This document shows positions 36,982 through 47,498 of a stretch of DNA of 64,000 nucleotides, in pieces. The notes under the pieces were generated by a model. The model saw nothing but the letters and a program-made list of their open reading frames with translations. It had not been told where the DNA came from and ran no database searches. The translations under genes and the position numbers were made by a program. Origin of the DNA: an uncultured Gemmatimonadaceae bacterium (GTDB taxonomy: Bacteria > Gemmatimonadota > Gemmatimonadetes > Gemmatimonadales > Gemmatimonadaceae); contig CAVVTZ010000011.1 of NCBI GenBank assembly GCA_963751275.1, forward strand, positions 1 through 64,000. Reading direction: 5' to 3'. Numbering within the stretch: position 1 is the stretch's first letter; every line of letters begins with the position of its first letter.

Positions 36982-37139
36982 TCACAACAGAGTAAGTAGA
37001 GCGGCGACCACCGCTCTCACCCTCCGGCCCTCGCTCTGGCGAGGTGTGCTGCAGGAGTCGTCGGTCGGCCGCCGCCCGCGTTTTCGGGGCGCAGTGCCGT
37101 CCATCGCGGACTCCGGAGAGTGGTGTCCGCGATTTTTTT
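36982..37139 (+). ncRNA. L20-leader-like cis-regulatory RNA / transcription attenuator
   Basis: AAGTAGAGCGG..CCGCTCTCACC hairpin resembling the L20 leader; terminator atcgcggac/gtccgcgat plus T-run at 37103-37139; alternative pairing 37009-37018 with 37116-37125. Confidence 0.65.
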
Positions 37140-37164
37140 GTCTCTTTGATTAGGAGCAGCGCCC

Positions 37165-37680
37165 ATTCAGGACAGCACGAAGCGCGTACGCGTGAACCGG
37201 CAGATCCGCATCAGTCCCGTGCGTGTGATCGGCGCCGATGGCAGCCAGTTGGGGATCCTCGAACTCGAAGCAGCGCTCGCGCAGGCCGAAGCGGCCGGAC
37301 TCGATCTGGTCGAAGTCGCGGCGACGGCGCGGCCGCCGGTGGTCCGGATCATGGACTACGGCAAGTTCAAGTTCGAAGCAGCGAAGCAGGCGCGGATCGC
37401 GAAGAAGAAGCAGCACGTCATCCAGCTGAAAGAGGTGAAGTACCGGCCCGGCATCGACGATCACGATTTCGATACCAAGACCCGGCACGCGCGCCGCTTC
37501 CTGGGGGAAGGCAACAAGGTGAAGGTGACGATGATGTTCCGCGGGCGGCAGATGGCCCACCCCGAGCTCGGCAAGGTCGTGCTCGACCGGGTGGTGAAGG
37601 ACCTGGCGGACATCTCGAAGATCGAGACCGATGCGAAACTCGAAGGCAAGAACATGACGATGATCCTGACGCCGAAGTGA
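37165..37680 (+). CDS. infC: translation initiation factor IF-3 (ATT start)
   Basis: AGGAG at 37152-37156, in-frame ATT at 37165; 'DLVEV', 'MDYGKFKFE', 'FRGR'. Confidence 0.95.
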   Translation: MQDSTKRVRVNRQIRISPVRVIGADGSQLGILELEAALAQAEAAGLDLVEVAATARPPVVRIMDYGKFKFEAAKQARIAKKKQHVIQLKEVKYRPGIDDHDFDTKTRHARRFLGEGNKVKVTMMFRGRQMAHPELGKVVLDRVVKDLADISKIETDAKLEGKNMTMILTPK

Positions 37681-37693
37681 GGCGAATCGACCG

Positions 37694-37888
37694 ATGAAGA
37701 TGAAGACGCACAAGGGCGCGAAGAAGCGCTTCAAGCTGACCGGTTCCGGCAAGGTCAAGCGCGGCAAGGCCGACAAGAGCCACATCCTGACCAAGAAGAC
37801 ATCCAAGCGGAAGCGGCACATGCGCCGTGCCGGCGAGATCGCGACGCCGGGCGACCAGAAGCGCATCAAGCGCCTCATTCAGGCGTAA
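37694..37888 (+). CDS. rpmI: 50S ribosomal protein L35
   Basis: '[19 protein letters not shown]', 'HILTKK'. Confidence 0.97.
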   Translation: MKMKTHKGAKKRFKLTGSGKVKRGKADKSHILTKKTSKRKRHMRRAGEIATPGDQKRIKRLIQA

Positions 37889-37898
37889 GGAGACTCCC

Positions 37899-38261
37899 AT
37901 GCCTCGCGTCAAATCGAACGTCGTGCGCCTGAAGCGCAAGAAGGGGATCATGAAGGCCGCGCGCGGCGGGTTCGGCGCGCGCACCAAGCTGTGGAAGGCC
38001 GCCAAGGAGACCGTCGAGCGCGGCTGGAAGTACGCGTACCGGGACCGCAAGAACAAGAAGCGCGAGTTCCGGAAGCTCTGGATCATGCGCATCAACGCCG
38101 GCGCGCGGCAGCACGACATGAGCTACAACGTGTTCATGAACGGGCTGAAGAAGGCGGGCGTCGAAGTCGACCGGAAGATCCTCGCCGATCTCGCGGTGCA
38201 GGATCCCGTCGCGTTCGGGGTGCTGGCGGATAAGGCGAGGGCGGCGGTGACGGCTGCGTAG
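37899..38261 (+). CDS. rplT: 50S ribosomal protein L20
   Basis: 'MPRVK', 'YAYRDRKNKKREFRKLWIMRINA', 'DRKILADLA'. Confidence 0.97.
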   Translation: MPRVKSNVVRLKRKKGIMKAARGGFGARTKLWKAAKETVERGWKYAYRDRKNKKREFRKLWIMRINAGARQHDMSYNVFMNGLKKAGVEVDRKILADLAVQDPVAFGVLADKARAAVTAA

Positions 38262-38354
38262 TTGTCGTACTAGACGCCATACGCTAGACGCTTTGCTTTG
38301 CGGCGGTAGGCGCGACTATGTCGCGACTGCCGCCGTGACGTATCTTGGAGCATC

Positions 38355-39383
38355 ATGACTCTCGGGGAATTCCAGGAGGCGGCGAAGGACCTCGAAGGGG
38401 ACGGGCTCGCGATGATCGCGGCGGCGCAGGATGCCGCGGCGCTCACGGCGGCGCGCAACGCGCTCGTCGGCCGGAAGAGCGGGCGGCTCACCGAGCTCAT
38501 GGGGACGCTCGCGACGCTGCCGCCGGATGCGCGGCGCGAAGCGGGCGCTGCGGCGAATCGCGTGAAGCAGGCGCTCGAAGCGGCGCTCGACGAGCGCACC
38601 GCCGCGCTCGCGGCCGCGGCGCCGGCGGGTCCGGCGCTCGATCCCACGATGCCGCCGCGGCGCATGTGGCGCGGCGCGAAGCATCCGGTCACCGTCGTCC
38701 TCGAGGAGATCCAGGAGATCTTCCGCGAGATCGGCTTCACGATCGCGACGGGGCCCGAGGCCGAAACGGAGTGGTACAACTTCGGCGCACTCAATTTCCC
38801 CGCCGACCATCCGGCGATGGACATGCACGACACGCTGTACCTCGAGGGCGGCGCGCTGCTGCGCACCCACACCTCGCCGGTGCAGGTGCGCACGCTGCAG
38901 GGGTACGCGCCGCCGATCCGCATTCTCGCGCCGGGCAACGTCTACCGGCGCGACTTCTTCGACGCGTCGCACGCGCCGATGTTCGCGCAGCTCGAAGGGA
39001 TGGCCGTCGATGAGGGGATCTCCTTCGTCGATCTCAAGGCCACGCTCACGCATTTCGCGAACCGTTTCTTCGGCGCGACCAAGACGCGCTTCCGGCCGAG
39101 CTACTTCCCGTTCACGGAACCGTCCGCGGAGATGGACGTCACGTGCGGCGTCTGCCACGGCAGCGGCTGCGCGGCGTGCAAGGGCACGGGCTGGATCGAG
39201 ATCCTCGGCTCGGGCCTCATGCATCCGGCGGTGCTCGACAACGCCGGCATCGACTCGACGCGCTACAGCGGCTGGGCCTTCGGCATGGGCCCGGCGCGCA
39301 TCGCGCTCGCGCGCTACGGCATTCCGGACATCCGCCTGCTGTACGATTCCAATGTCGCCGTGCTGGAGCAGTTCGCCTCATGA
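38355..39383 (+). CDS. pheS: phenylalanine-tRNA ligase alpha subunit
   Basis: 'HPAMDMHDT', 'LRTHTSPVQ', 'FRPSYFPFTEPS', 'AFGMG'. Confidence 0.97.
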   Translation: MTLGEFQEAAKDLEGDGLAMIAAAQDAAALTAARNALVGRKSGRLTELMGTLATLPPDARREAGAAANRVKQALEAALDERTAALAAAAPAGPALDPTMPPRRMWRGAKHPVTVVLEEIQEIFREIGFTIATGPEAETEWYNFGALNFPADHPAMDMHDTLYLEGGALLRTHTSPVQVRTLQGYAPPIRILAPGNVYRRDFFDASHAPMFAQLEGMAVDEGISFVDLKATLTHFANRFFGATKTRFRPSYFPFTEPSAEMDVTCGVCHGSGCAACKGTGWIEILGSGLMHPAVLDNAGIDSTRYSGWAFGMGPARIALARYGIPDIRLLYDSNVAVLEQFAS

Positions 39384-41802
39384 ACGCGTCGCACGCCTGG
39401 CTGCAGTCGTTCATCGCGGCGCCGCTCACCGCGGAGCAGATGCGCGATCTCATCACCGCGCGCTGCTGCCCGGTGGATGAGCTCGTGAAGCTGCGCGACG
39501 ATCTGCGCGAAGTGGTGATCGGTCTCGTCGTGGAAGCGTCGAAGCATCCTGACTCGGATCATCTCTCGGTCACCAAGGTCGATGCCGGCACGGGCGAATT
39601 GCTCGACGTCGTCTGCGGCGCGCCGAACGTCACGGCGGGCAAGAAATATCCGTTCGCGCCGGCGGGCTCGACGCTGCCGGGCGGGCTCAAGCTCGAGAAG
39701 CGGAAGATCCGCGGCGCGGTCTCGAACGGCATGCTCTGCTCGGCGCGCGAGCTCGGCTTGTCCGACGAGCACGTGGGGATCCTCGAGCTCGACACCGACG
39801 CCGCGCCGGGCACGCCATTCCTCAAGGCGATGCCCATCGGCGACACGCGCATCGTCGTTGACGTCACGCCGAACCGGCCGGATCTCCTCTCGCATTTCGG
39901 CATCGCGCGCGAGCTCGCGGCGGCCACGGATGGCGAGGTGCACCTGCCGGAGCTGGCCGGTGTGGCGGCGATCGATGTCGCGGCGCCCGTGCACCATGTG
40001 GGCGGAGGCGGCGGCCGGGGGCGTGCGCGTGGCGCTCGAGGATCCCGCGGGCGCGCCGCGCTACATGGGCGTGGTCATTCGCGGCGTGAAGATCGGCGCG
40101 AGTCCGTCTTGGCTCGTGGAACGATTGGCCGCCGTTGGCAGCCGGTCGATCAACAACGTGGTGGATGTCACGAACTATCTGCTGCACGAGCTCGGGCAGC
40201 CGATGCACGCGTTCGACGTGAAGAAGCTCGGCGGCAACGCGGTGATCGTCCGGCGCGCGAAGCCGGGTGAGAAGCTCACCACGCTCGACGGCGTGGAGCG
40301 CGCGCTTACCGAGAGTATGACTGTGATCGCCGATGCGCAGCGCGCGCAGGCGGTGGCGGGCGTCATGGGCGGGCACGACAGCGAGGTGACCGATGCGACC
40401 ACCGATCTCTTCCTCGAAGTCGCGAACTTCGACGCCGCGAGCGTGCGCCGCACGCGCCGCGCGCTGAACCTCACGACCGACGCGAGCTACCGCTTCGAGC
40501 GCGGCGTGGATCCGGAATTGCCGCCTCGCGCGCTCGTGCGCGCCGTGCGCATGCTGCTCGCGCTCGCGGGCGGCGAAGTCGATGGCGCGCCGGTGGACCT
40601 GCATCCCGCGCCGCGTTCGCGCGTGCGCATCGAGCTCGACCCCGCGCGCGTGGGTGCGCTGCTCGGCGACGCGCTCCCCACGCCGCGCATCGCGCAGCTG
40701 CTGCGCAGCGTCGGGTTCGAGGTCGCGGATGGCGGCGCGAAGCAGCTCGCGGTGATCGTCCCCAGCTGGCGTCCCGAATGTGACGGGCGCGGTGGATCTC
40801 CTCGAGGAGGTCGCGCGCCTGCACGGCTACGATGCGCTGCCCGGCGACATTCGCGCGTTCCGTCCGGGCACGGTGCCCGATTCGCCGGTGGAGGTCGTGA
40901 GCCGCCGCGTGCGCGATGCGCTCGTGGCCGCCGGCCTGCTCGAGGCGCGTCCGCTCCCGTTCGTGAAGGGCGCGGCCACGGGCTACGTGCGCGTGATGAA
41001 TCCGCTCGCCGCCGACGAACCCTACCTGCGCCGCCACGTGCTCGAGTCGCTCGTGCGAGCGGGCGAGCACAACCTGGCGCAGATGCATCGCGATGTGCGG
41101 CTGTTCGAGATCGGCGCCGCGTTCGCGCCCGCGGACGGTCCGCTGCCGCGCGAGGAGATGCGCGCCGCTGCGCTGCTCATGGGCCACCGCCGTCCTCCGC
41201 ACTTCACGGAGCCCAAGCCGCCCGACTTCGATGAGTGGGATGCGCGCGCGATCGCCGAGCTGATGGCGCGCGAGGCGTTCCCCGATGCAACGATCGAATT
41301 CCGCGGCAGCACCGCGCCCGAGCTCTGGCAGATCATCGCGAACGGCGAGATGCGCGGCGTCGTCACGCGCCTCACGCTCGACGCGCCCGTCTGGGCGGCG
41401 CCGGCCTTCGGCGTGGAGCTCACGCTCATGCTCGTCGCGAATGCCGCTGTCGTTCGCGCCGAGAGTCGAGCGCCGGGCGCCGAGGTCCGCCGTTCCCGCT
41501 ATCGTCCGCTCCCCACCACCCCGGCCGCCGACTTCGATCTCAGCCTCCTGGTCGCGAACGACATGCCTGTCGCGCGCGTCGAGGCCGTGATGCGCGCCGC
41601 CGCCGGCGAACTGCTCGAGCGTCTCGAATTGCTCAGCGAGTTCCGCGGCGCCGGCGTTCCCGAGGGGATGCGCAGCGTCGCTTGGCGATTGACGTTCCGC
41701 CATGCGGAGCGCACTCTCAAGGAGAAGGAGATCGCCGGCCGGCGCGACAAGGTGATCAAATCCCTCGACGGAGAGCTCGGTGTCCGACAGCGAACGACCT
41801 GA
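39380..41802 (+). CDS. pheT: phenylalanine-tRNA ligase beta subunit, frameshifts near 39997 and 40779
   Basis: 'VCGAPN', 'SNGMLCS', 'TPNRPD', 'GQPMHAFD', 'SYRFERGVD', 'DLLEEVARLHGY'. Confidence 0.95.
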
Positions 41803-42067
41803 CCAGGCCGCACTCAAAGAGCTCGACCAGCTCATCCAGGCACTTGGCGACGAGATGGCCGCGTGGCGCCGCCGCGCGCACGAGGCCGAGGCGCGGCTGA
41901 AGGAAGTCGCCCCCGGCGCCCTCAAGAACCTCGGCACCGGCCCCGGCATCGACGCGCTCGAGAAGGAGAACCGCGAATTGAAACACCGCCTCGACGCCGC
42001 GAAGAAGCGCACCAAGCAGCTGCTCGACCGCGTGCGCTTCCTGCGGCAGCAGGGAGCCGAGCGATGA
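41780..42067 (+). CDS. small coiled-coil protein, ZapB-like
   Basis: Coiled-coil heptads; located between pheT and zapA. Confidence 0.6.
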   Translation: MSDSERPDQAALKELDQLIQALGDEMAAWRRRAHEAEARLKEVAPGALKNLGTGPGIDALEKENRELKHRLDAAKKRTKQLLDRVRFLRQQGAER

Positions 42068-42351
42068 GCAAGAAGAACTCGGTGAAGGTGACGATCGTCG
42101 GCGAGGACTTCACGCTGCGCAGCGACGATCCGCCGGAGCACACCATGTCCGCCGCCGCGCACGTGGACAAGACGATCCGCTCCGTGCAGAACGCCGGCGC
42201 CGCGGCCGACCCGCGCAAGGCGGCGATCCTCGCGGCGCTCCAGATCACGGATGAACTGCTCAAGGAGCGGGAACTGCGCGACCGGTTCGCCGATGAGCTC
42301 AAGGCGCTGAGCGCCGAGGTGAAGCGGATGCTGCCGCCGGCGAAACGCTGA
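42064..42351 (+). CDS. zapA: cell division protein ZapA
   Basis: 'VKVTIVGEDFTL', 'AAHVD', 'AILAALQITDEL'. Confidence 0.88.
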   Translation: MSKKNSVKVTIVGEDFTLRSDDPPEHTMSAAAHVDKTIRSVQNAGAAADPRKAAILAALQITDELLKERELRDRFADELKALSAEVKRMLPPAKR

Positions 42352-42360
42352 CTGCAACGA

Positions 42361-42564
42361 CCTAACGGCAGACTGTCGGCTGGCGGCTGTCGTTGCACGA
42401 CCTAACGGCAGGCTGTCGGCTGGAGGCTGTCGGCGGCGCCAGCGTGTGCAGTCGACAGCCGCCAGCCGACAGCCTGCCGTTAGGCTCTGCAACGACAGCC
42501 TTCAGCCGGCAATCTGCCGTTAGGCTTTGCGACGACAGCCCACAGCCGCCAGCCTGCTTCTAGG
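42361..42564. repeat. palindromic element C: 32-bp core at 40-bp period, two forward and three inverted copies
   Basis: Core cctaacggcaggctgtcggctggcggctgtcg at 42361 and 42401; reverse-complement copies at 42453, 42493 and 42533. Confidence 0.9.
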
Positions 42565-42567
42565 CTG

Positions 42568-42596
42568 TTGTGAAACCCGCCCCCTCCTCGTAGCTT
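42568..42596 (+). promoter_or_regulatory. sigma70-type promoter upstream of the hairpin RNA and rny
   Basis: TTGTGA-17 bp-TAGCTT. Confidence 0.6.
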
Positions 42597-42602
42597 CAAG
42601 AA

Positions 42603-42726
42603 GGTACCCGGCCGATTGGCTTGCCGGCCCGATCAGCATGCTGGACGTCCCATCCCGCGCCCTACGTCGGCGCCGGACCGGCCGTTCCGGTGCGATCGCG
42701 GCGAGTCGCCCGGCCGACGTGTGACC
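42603..42726 (+). ncRNA. candidate structured RNA (6S-like or rny leader)
   Basis: Long bulged hairpin (cggccg/cggccg, ggcttgccg/cggcgagtc, cgatc/gatcg, gca..ctgga/tccgg.tgc, gcgcc/ggcgc) starting at the predicted +1; zapA-6S-rny synteny. Confidence 0.5.
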
Positions 42727-42764
42727 CCAATTTGCGCGGCTCGACCGCGCTGGAGTCGTATCGC

Positions 42765-44348
42765 ATGCAGAATGCCGCGCTCTTGGCCGCGCTCGGGACA
42801 GCATTTGTCGCCGCCGCGGTCTTTTTTTTCATCGGCCGGTCATCGGGCCGCCGCGCTGAGCGAAAGGCGCAGGTCGCCGCCCGCGCCACCGCCGAAGAGA
42901 CCTCCCGCCGGATCCTCGAGGACGCGAGCCGCGAAGCCGAGACGCTGCGCAAATCCGCGGTGGTCGCCGGCAAGGAAGAGACGATCCGCCTCCGCGAGGC
43001 GTGGGAGCTCGAGGGCAATAAGCGCCGCGAGGAGCTGAACGTCGCCGAGCGCCGGATCCAGGAGCGCGACACGACGCTCGACCGCAAGCTCGACCTGCTC
43101 GAGCAGCGCGACAAGGACATCGGCAAGCGCGCGACCGACCTCGGCCGCCGCGAAAAGTTCATCGAGGACCGCGCGCTGGAGCTCGAGAAACTGGTGGCCG
43201 AGGAACGACATCGGCTCGAGACGCTCGCCGGCATGTCCGCCGCGACCGCGAAGGCCGAGCTGATCGCGCGCCTCGCCGAGGAAGCGCAGGCCGAGGCCGC
43301 GAACCAGATCCGCGAGATCCGCGAGAACGCGAAGCGGAACGCCGAGCGCGAGGCGAAGAAGATCGTCGCGCTCGCGGTGCAGCGCATCGCGAGTGAGCAC
43401 ACGTCGGAGATCAGCGTGTCTTCGGTCTCACTCCCGAATGATGAGATGAAGGGGCGCATCATCGGCCGCGAGGGGCGCAACATTCGCGCCTTCGAGCTCG
43501 CGACCGGCGTCGACGTCATCATCGACGATACGCCCGATACGGTCGTCGTGTCCGCCTTCGAGCCGGTGCGCCGCGAGGTCGCGCGCAACGCGCTCTCCAA
43601 GCTCGTCGCCGACGGGCGCATCCACCCGGGCCGCATCGAGGAAGTGGTGGCCAAGGCGCGCAAGGAAGTCGATGCGCAGATCCAGGAGCTGGGCGAGCAG
43701 GCGGCGTATGAGCTCGGCGCGCACGGCATCCATCCCGAGCTCATCAAGCTCATCGGCCGCATGCGGTGGCGCACGAGCTACGGGCAGAACATCCTGCAGC
43801 ATTCGAAGGAGGTCGCGCACCTCGCGGGGATCATGGCCGCGGAACTCGGCCTCGACGTCGTGATGGCCAAGCGCGCGGCGCTGTTGCACGACGTGGGCAA
43901 GGTGCTCACGCACGAGCACGAGGGCACGCACGTGCAGCTCGGCGTGGAAGTGGCCACGCGCTACGGCGAGCATCCGCTCGTGGTGAACGCGATCGCGGCG
44001 CACCACGATGACGTGCCCCACGAGAGCGAGATGTCGGTGCTGGTGCAGGCGGCTGACGCGATCTCGGGCTCGCGCCCGGGCGCGCGGCGCGAAGCGTTCG
44101 AGACGTACGTGAAGCGGCTCGAGGGACTCGAGCGGATCGCGTCGAGCTACACCGGCGTCGAGAAGGTCTTCGCGATCCAGGCGGGCCGCGAGATCCGCGT
44201 GATCGTCAACTCCGATGCGGTGAACGAACAGCGCATGACATCATTGACCGAAGAGATCGCGCGGCGGATCGAGACCGAGCTGCAGTATCCCGGCCAGATC
44301 AAGGTCGTGACCATCCGCGAGCAACGGGCGGTGGACTTTGCCCGCTGA
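42765..44348 (+). CDS. rny: ribonuclease Y
   Basis: N-terminal TM, coiled coil, KH '[12 protein letters not shown]', HD 'LLHDVGK', 'QAGREIRV'. Confidence 0.97.
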   Translation: MQNAALLAALGTAFVAAAVFFFIGRSSGRRAERKAQVAARATAEETSRRILEDASREAETLRKSAVVAGKEETIRLREAWELEGNKRREELNVAERRIQERDTTLDRKLDLLEQRDKDIGKRATDLGRREKFIEDRALELEKLVAEERHRLETLAGMSAATAKAELIARLAEEAQAEAANQIREIRENAKRNAEREAKKIVALAVQRIASEHTSEISVSSVSLPNDEMKGRIIGREGRNIRAFELATGVDVIIDDTPDTVVVSAFEPVRREVARNALSKLVADGRIHPGRIEEVVAKARKEVDAQIQELGEQAAYELGAHGIHPELIKLIGRMRWRTSYGQNILQHSKEVAHLAGIMAAELGLDVVMAKRAALLHDVGKVLTHEHEGTHVQLGVEVATRYGEHPLVVNAIAAHHDDVPHESEMSVLVQAADAISGSRPGARREAFETYVKRLEGLERIASSYTGVEKVFAIQAGREIRVIVNSDAVNEQRMTSLTEEIARRIETELQYPGQIKVVTIREQRAVDFAR

Positions 44349-45225
44349 GCGGATCGACGGGACCGCGATCGCGCTGGCGATCCGGACCGAAGCGGCGGAG
44401 CGGACGAAGGCGCTCGCGGCGCGCGGCGTGAAGCCCGGCCTCGCGGTGGTGCTCGTGGGCGAGGATCCGGCGAGCGCCGTGTACGTGCGCGCGAAGGGGA
44501 AGGCGTGCGAGGAAGCGGGCATGCACTCGGTGACGATCCGTCTCCCCGCCGAAACGACGCAGGCCGCGCTGCTCGCGCAGGTGCAGGCGCTGAATGCCGA
44601 CAAGGCGATTCATGGCATTCTCGTGCAGATGCCGCTGCCCAAGCACATCGATCCGGACGCGATCATCCGCGCGATCCTCCCTGAGAAGGACGTGGATGGC
44701 TTCCATCCGGTGAACGTGGGCAAGAACCTCATCGGTGAGCGCGACGGCTTCGTGCCGTGCACGCCGGCGGGCGTGCTCGAGATGCTCATCCGCAGCGGCG
44801 TGCAGACCAAGGGCGCCGAGTGCGTGATCGTGGGGCGCAGCAACATCGTGGGCAAGCCGATGATGGCGCTCATGGTGCAGCAGCGCGAAGGCGCGAACGC
44901 GACCACCACCGTATGCCACAGCGCGACGAAGGATCTCGCGTTCCACACGCGGCGCGCGGACATCCTGATCGTCGCGGCGGGCAAGCCGAACATGGTCACC
45001 GGCGACATGGTGAAGCCGGGCGCCGTGGTGATCGATGTCGGGATCAACCGGATCGCCGACCCCACGGCGAAGAACGGCACGCGGCTCGTGGGCGATGTGG
45101 ACTTCGCGGGCGCGAGCGCGGTGGCGTCGAAGATCACGCCGGTGCCCGGCGGTGTGGGCCCGATGACGATCGCGATGCTGCTGCAGAACACCGTGCGCGC
45201 GGCGGAGCGGAGCGCTCCGGCATGA
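44338..45225 (+). CDS. folD: methylenetetrahydrofolate dehydrogenase/cyclohydrolase
   Basis: 'KDVDGFH', 'PCTPAG', 'GRSNIVGKP', '[11 protein letters not shown]'. Confidence 0.97.
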   Translation: MPAERIDGTAIALAIRTEAAERTKALAARGVKPGLAVVLVGEDPASAVYVRAKGKACEEAGMHSVTIRLPAETTQAALLAQVQALNADKAIHGILVQMPLPKHIDPDAIIRAILPEKDVDGFHPVNVGKNLIGERDGFVPCTPAGVLEMLIRSGVQTKGAECVIVGRSNIVGKPMMALMVQQREGANATTTVCHSATKDLAFHTRRADILIVAAGKPNMVTGDMVKPGAVVIDVGINRIADPTAKNGTRLVGDVDFAGASAVASKITPVPGGVGPMTIAMLLQNTVRAAERSAPA

Positions 45226-46383
45226 CCGCGTCCGCGTCGCTCCCCGGCGCGACCGCGGAGAGCGCGCTCGGTGTGTCGGCGCTCCTGTCCGTCGCCAAGG
45301 ACGTGCTCGAGGGCGCGTTCGAGCCGCTGTGGGTGCGCGGCGAGGTGACGTCGTTCATGCCGCACCGCAACGGCCATTGGTACGTGTCGCTGAAGGATGG
45401 CGACGCGACGCTCAAGTGTGTCGTGTGGAAGCGCGACGTGCCGCGCATCCCCGCGCCGCCGGCGGTGGGCGACCAGATCAGCGCGTACGGCCGCGTGTCG
45501 CTTCTACGCGGCGCGCGGCGAAATGCAGTTCTCCGTGACGGCCATGGAGGCCGCGGGCGAGGGACTCTGGCGCCGCCGCTTCGAGCTGGCGCGCGCGCGC
45601 CTCGAGGCCGATGGACTCCTCGCGCCGTCGCGGAAGCGGAGGCTGCCGATGATCCCGCGCATCGTCGCGGTGGTCACGAGTCCCGACGGCGCCGCGCTCC
45701 ACGACATTTGCACGGTGATCAAGCGGCGCTGCCCATCGGTGACGATCGTCGTCGCAGCGGCGAAGGTGCAGGGCGACGGATCGGTGGAGGAGATCATCGC
45801 CGCGATCGAGCGCGTGGGCCGATGGGGGATGGCGGACCTCGTGATCGTCGGGCGCGGCGGCGGTTCGCGCGAGGATCTGCAGGCCTTCAACGAGGAAGCG
45901 GTCGCGCGCGCGCTCGCCGCCTGTCCCGTGCCCACGATCAGCGCCGTGGGCCACGAGACGGACATTCCGCTCTGCGATCTCGTCGCCGATCTGCGCGCCG
46001 CGACGCCGAGCGCCGCCGCGGAGTCGGCGGTGCCCGACATCGCCGCGCTGCGACGCGACATGTCGCAGCGCGCATCGCGGTTGCGGGCGGCTCTCGTGCG
46101 GCGTGCGACGGCGATGCGCGAACGCGTCACGCGCGCGCAGCGCGACATTCGACATCGCCGCGACGCGTTGCTCGAACGCCGCCGCGCGGCGATCGGCGCC
46201 GCCGGCGGCCGCCTGCACGCGCTCAGCCCGCTGGCCACGCTCGAGCGCGGCTACGCCGTCGCGCGCGACGCGGTCACGCATCATCCGATCACCAGCGCCG
46301 CCGCCCTACCGCGCGGCGCCCGCTTCGATCTCGTGCTCCGCGACGGCGCGGTGCGCGCCACCTCCGACGGACCCACGGAGTAG
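45222..46383 (+). CDS. xseA: exodeoxyribonuclease VII large subunit, frameshift near 45500
   Basis: 'WVRGEV', 'GHWY.SLKD', 'RGGGSREDL', 'SAVGHETD', 'ATPSAAAE', 'LERGYA'. Confidence 0.93.
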
Positions 46384-46386
46384 CCG

Positions 46387-46594
46387 ATGGCATTCGAAGA
46401 GGATCTCGCGCGCATTCGAGACGATCGTCGCCCAGCTCGAGCGGGAGGAGATGCCGCTCGACCGCGCGCTCAAGCTGTTCGAAGAAGGCGTGGAGAAGCT
46501 CCGTCTCGCCGCGGCCGCACTGGCCGACGCCGAAGGGAAGGTGCAGCGCCTGGTGGAGAAGGCCGACGGCGGCGTTTCGCTCGCCGGCGACTGA
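46387..46594 (+). CDS. xseB: exodeoxyribonuclease VII small subunit, frameshift near 46412
   Basis: 'FEEDL..ETIVAQLE..LDRALKLFEEG..AEGKV'. Confidence 0.88.
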
Positions 46595-46598
46595 CCGC

Positions 46599-47480
46599 TT
46601 GACCTCGCTGGCCGGCGACCGCACCGCGGTCGATGCCGCGCTCAAGTCGCTCTGCGACCGCGCGCTCGGCAACGTGCCCCGCGTGGTGGGCGACGCCATC
46701 CGCTACAGCCTGCTCGGCGAGGGGAAGCGCCTGCGACCGCTGCTCGTGCTCGCGGCGTACCGCGCGGCCGGCGGTTCGGGCGACGCGACGCTCCTGGCCG
46801 GTGCGGTGGAGGTGGTGCACGCGTACTCGCTGGTGCACGACGACCTGCCGTGCATGGACGACGACGCGGTGCGCCGCGGCCGCCCGACCACGCACGTGGT
46901 GTTCGGCGCGCCGGTGGCCACGGTGGCCGGCGTCGCCATGGTGCCGCTCGCGGCGCGCGCGGCGCTCGAAGGCGCGGGGGCCCTCGGGTTGCCCGGTGCG
47001 GCGCGGCGCGCCATTGTTCGTGAGTTGATGAGCGCCTCCGGAGCGGGGGGAATGGTGGGCGGACAGTTGCTCGATCTCGAGACCGAAGGGCGCGACTTGA
47101 GCGTGCGCGAACTCGAGCGGATCCATCGCGCGAAGACGGGCGCGCTCATTCGCGCCGCGGTGCGCATTGGCGGGCTCGCGGGCGCGCTGCCCGCTGCCGG
47201 CATGGAGGCGCTCACGCGCTACGGCGAGGCCGTGGGTCTCGCCTTCCAGATCGCGGATGATGTGCTCGACGCCACGGCCACCACCGAGGCGCTCGGGAAG
47301 ACGGCCGGTCGGGATGCGGAGCGCGGCAAGCGCACCTATCCCGCCTTGCTCGGAGTGGATGGAGCGCGCGCGCGCGCGGCCGCGCTCGCCGAAGAAGCAT
47401 GCGCCGCGCTCACGGCGGGCGGTGTGCAGGCCGGGGAGCTCGCGTATCTCGCGCGCTACTCGGTGGCGCGCCCCAGCTGA
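46599..47480 (+). CDS. ispA: polyprenyl (farnesyl) diphosphate synthase
   Basis: 'GKRLRP', 'HDDLPCMDDD..RRG', 'GGQLLDL', 'FQIADD'. Confidence 0.92.
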   Translation: MTSLAGDRTAVDAALKSLCDRALGNVPRVVGDAIRYSLLGEGKRLRPLLVLAAYRAAGGSGDATLLAGAVEVVHAYSLVHDDLPCMDDDAVRRGRPTTHVVFGAPVATVAGVAMVPLAARAALEGAGALGLPGAARRAIVRELMSASGAGGMVGGQLLDLETEGRDLSVRELERIHRAKTGALIRAAVRIGGLAGALPAAGMEALTRYGEAVGLAFQIADDVLDATATTEALGKTAGRDAERGKRTYPALLGVDGARARAAALAEEACAALTAGGVQAGELAYLARYSVARPS

Positions 47481-47498
47481 ACCCGAACCTCACGAGTG

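Noticed and set aside
39140..39190. CxxCxGxGCxxC insert in PheS
   Set aside because: This is a common feature of many bacterial PheS proteins.
42361..42564. Repeat arrays (also 13747-13925 and 19152-19313) as CRISPR
   Set aside because: There are no unique spacers of 25-45 bp, the units invert mid-array, and no cas genes are present.
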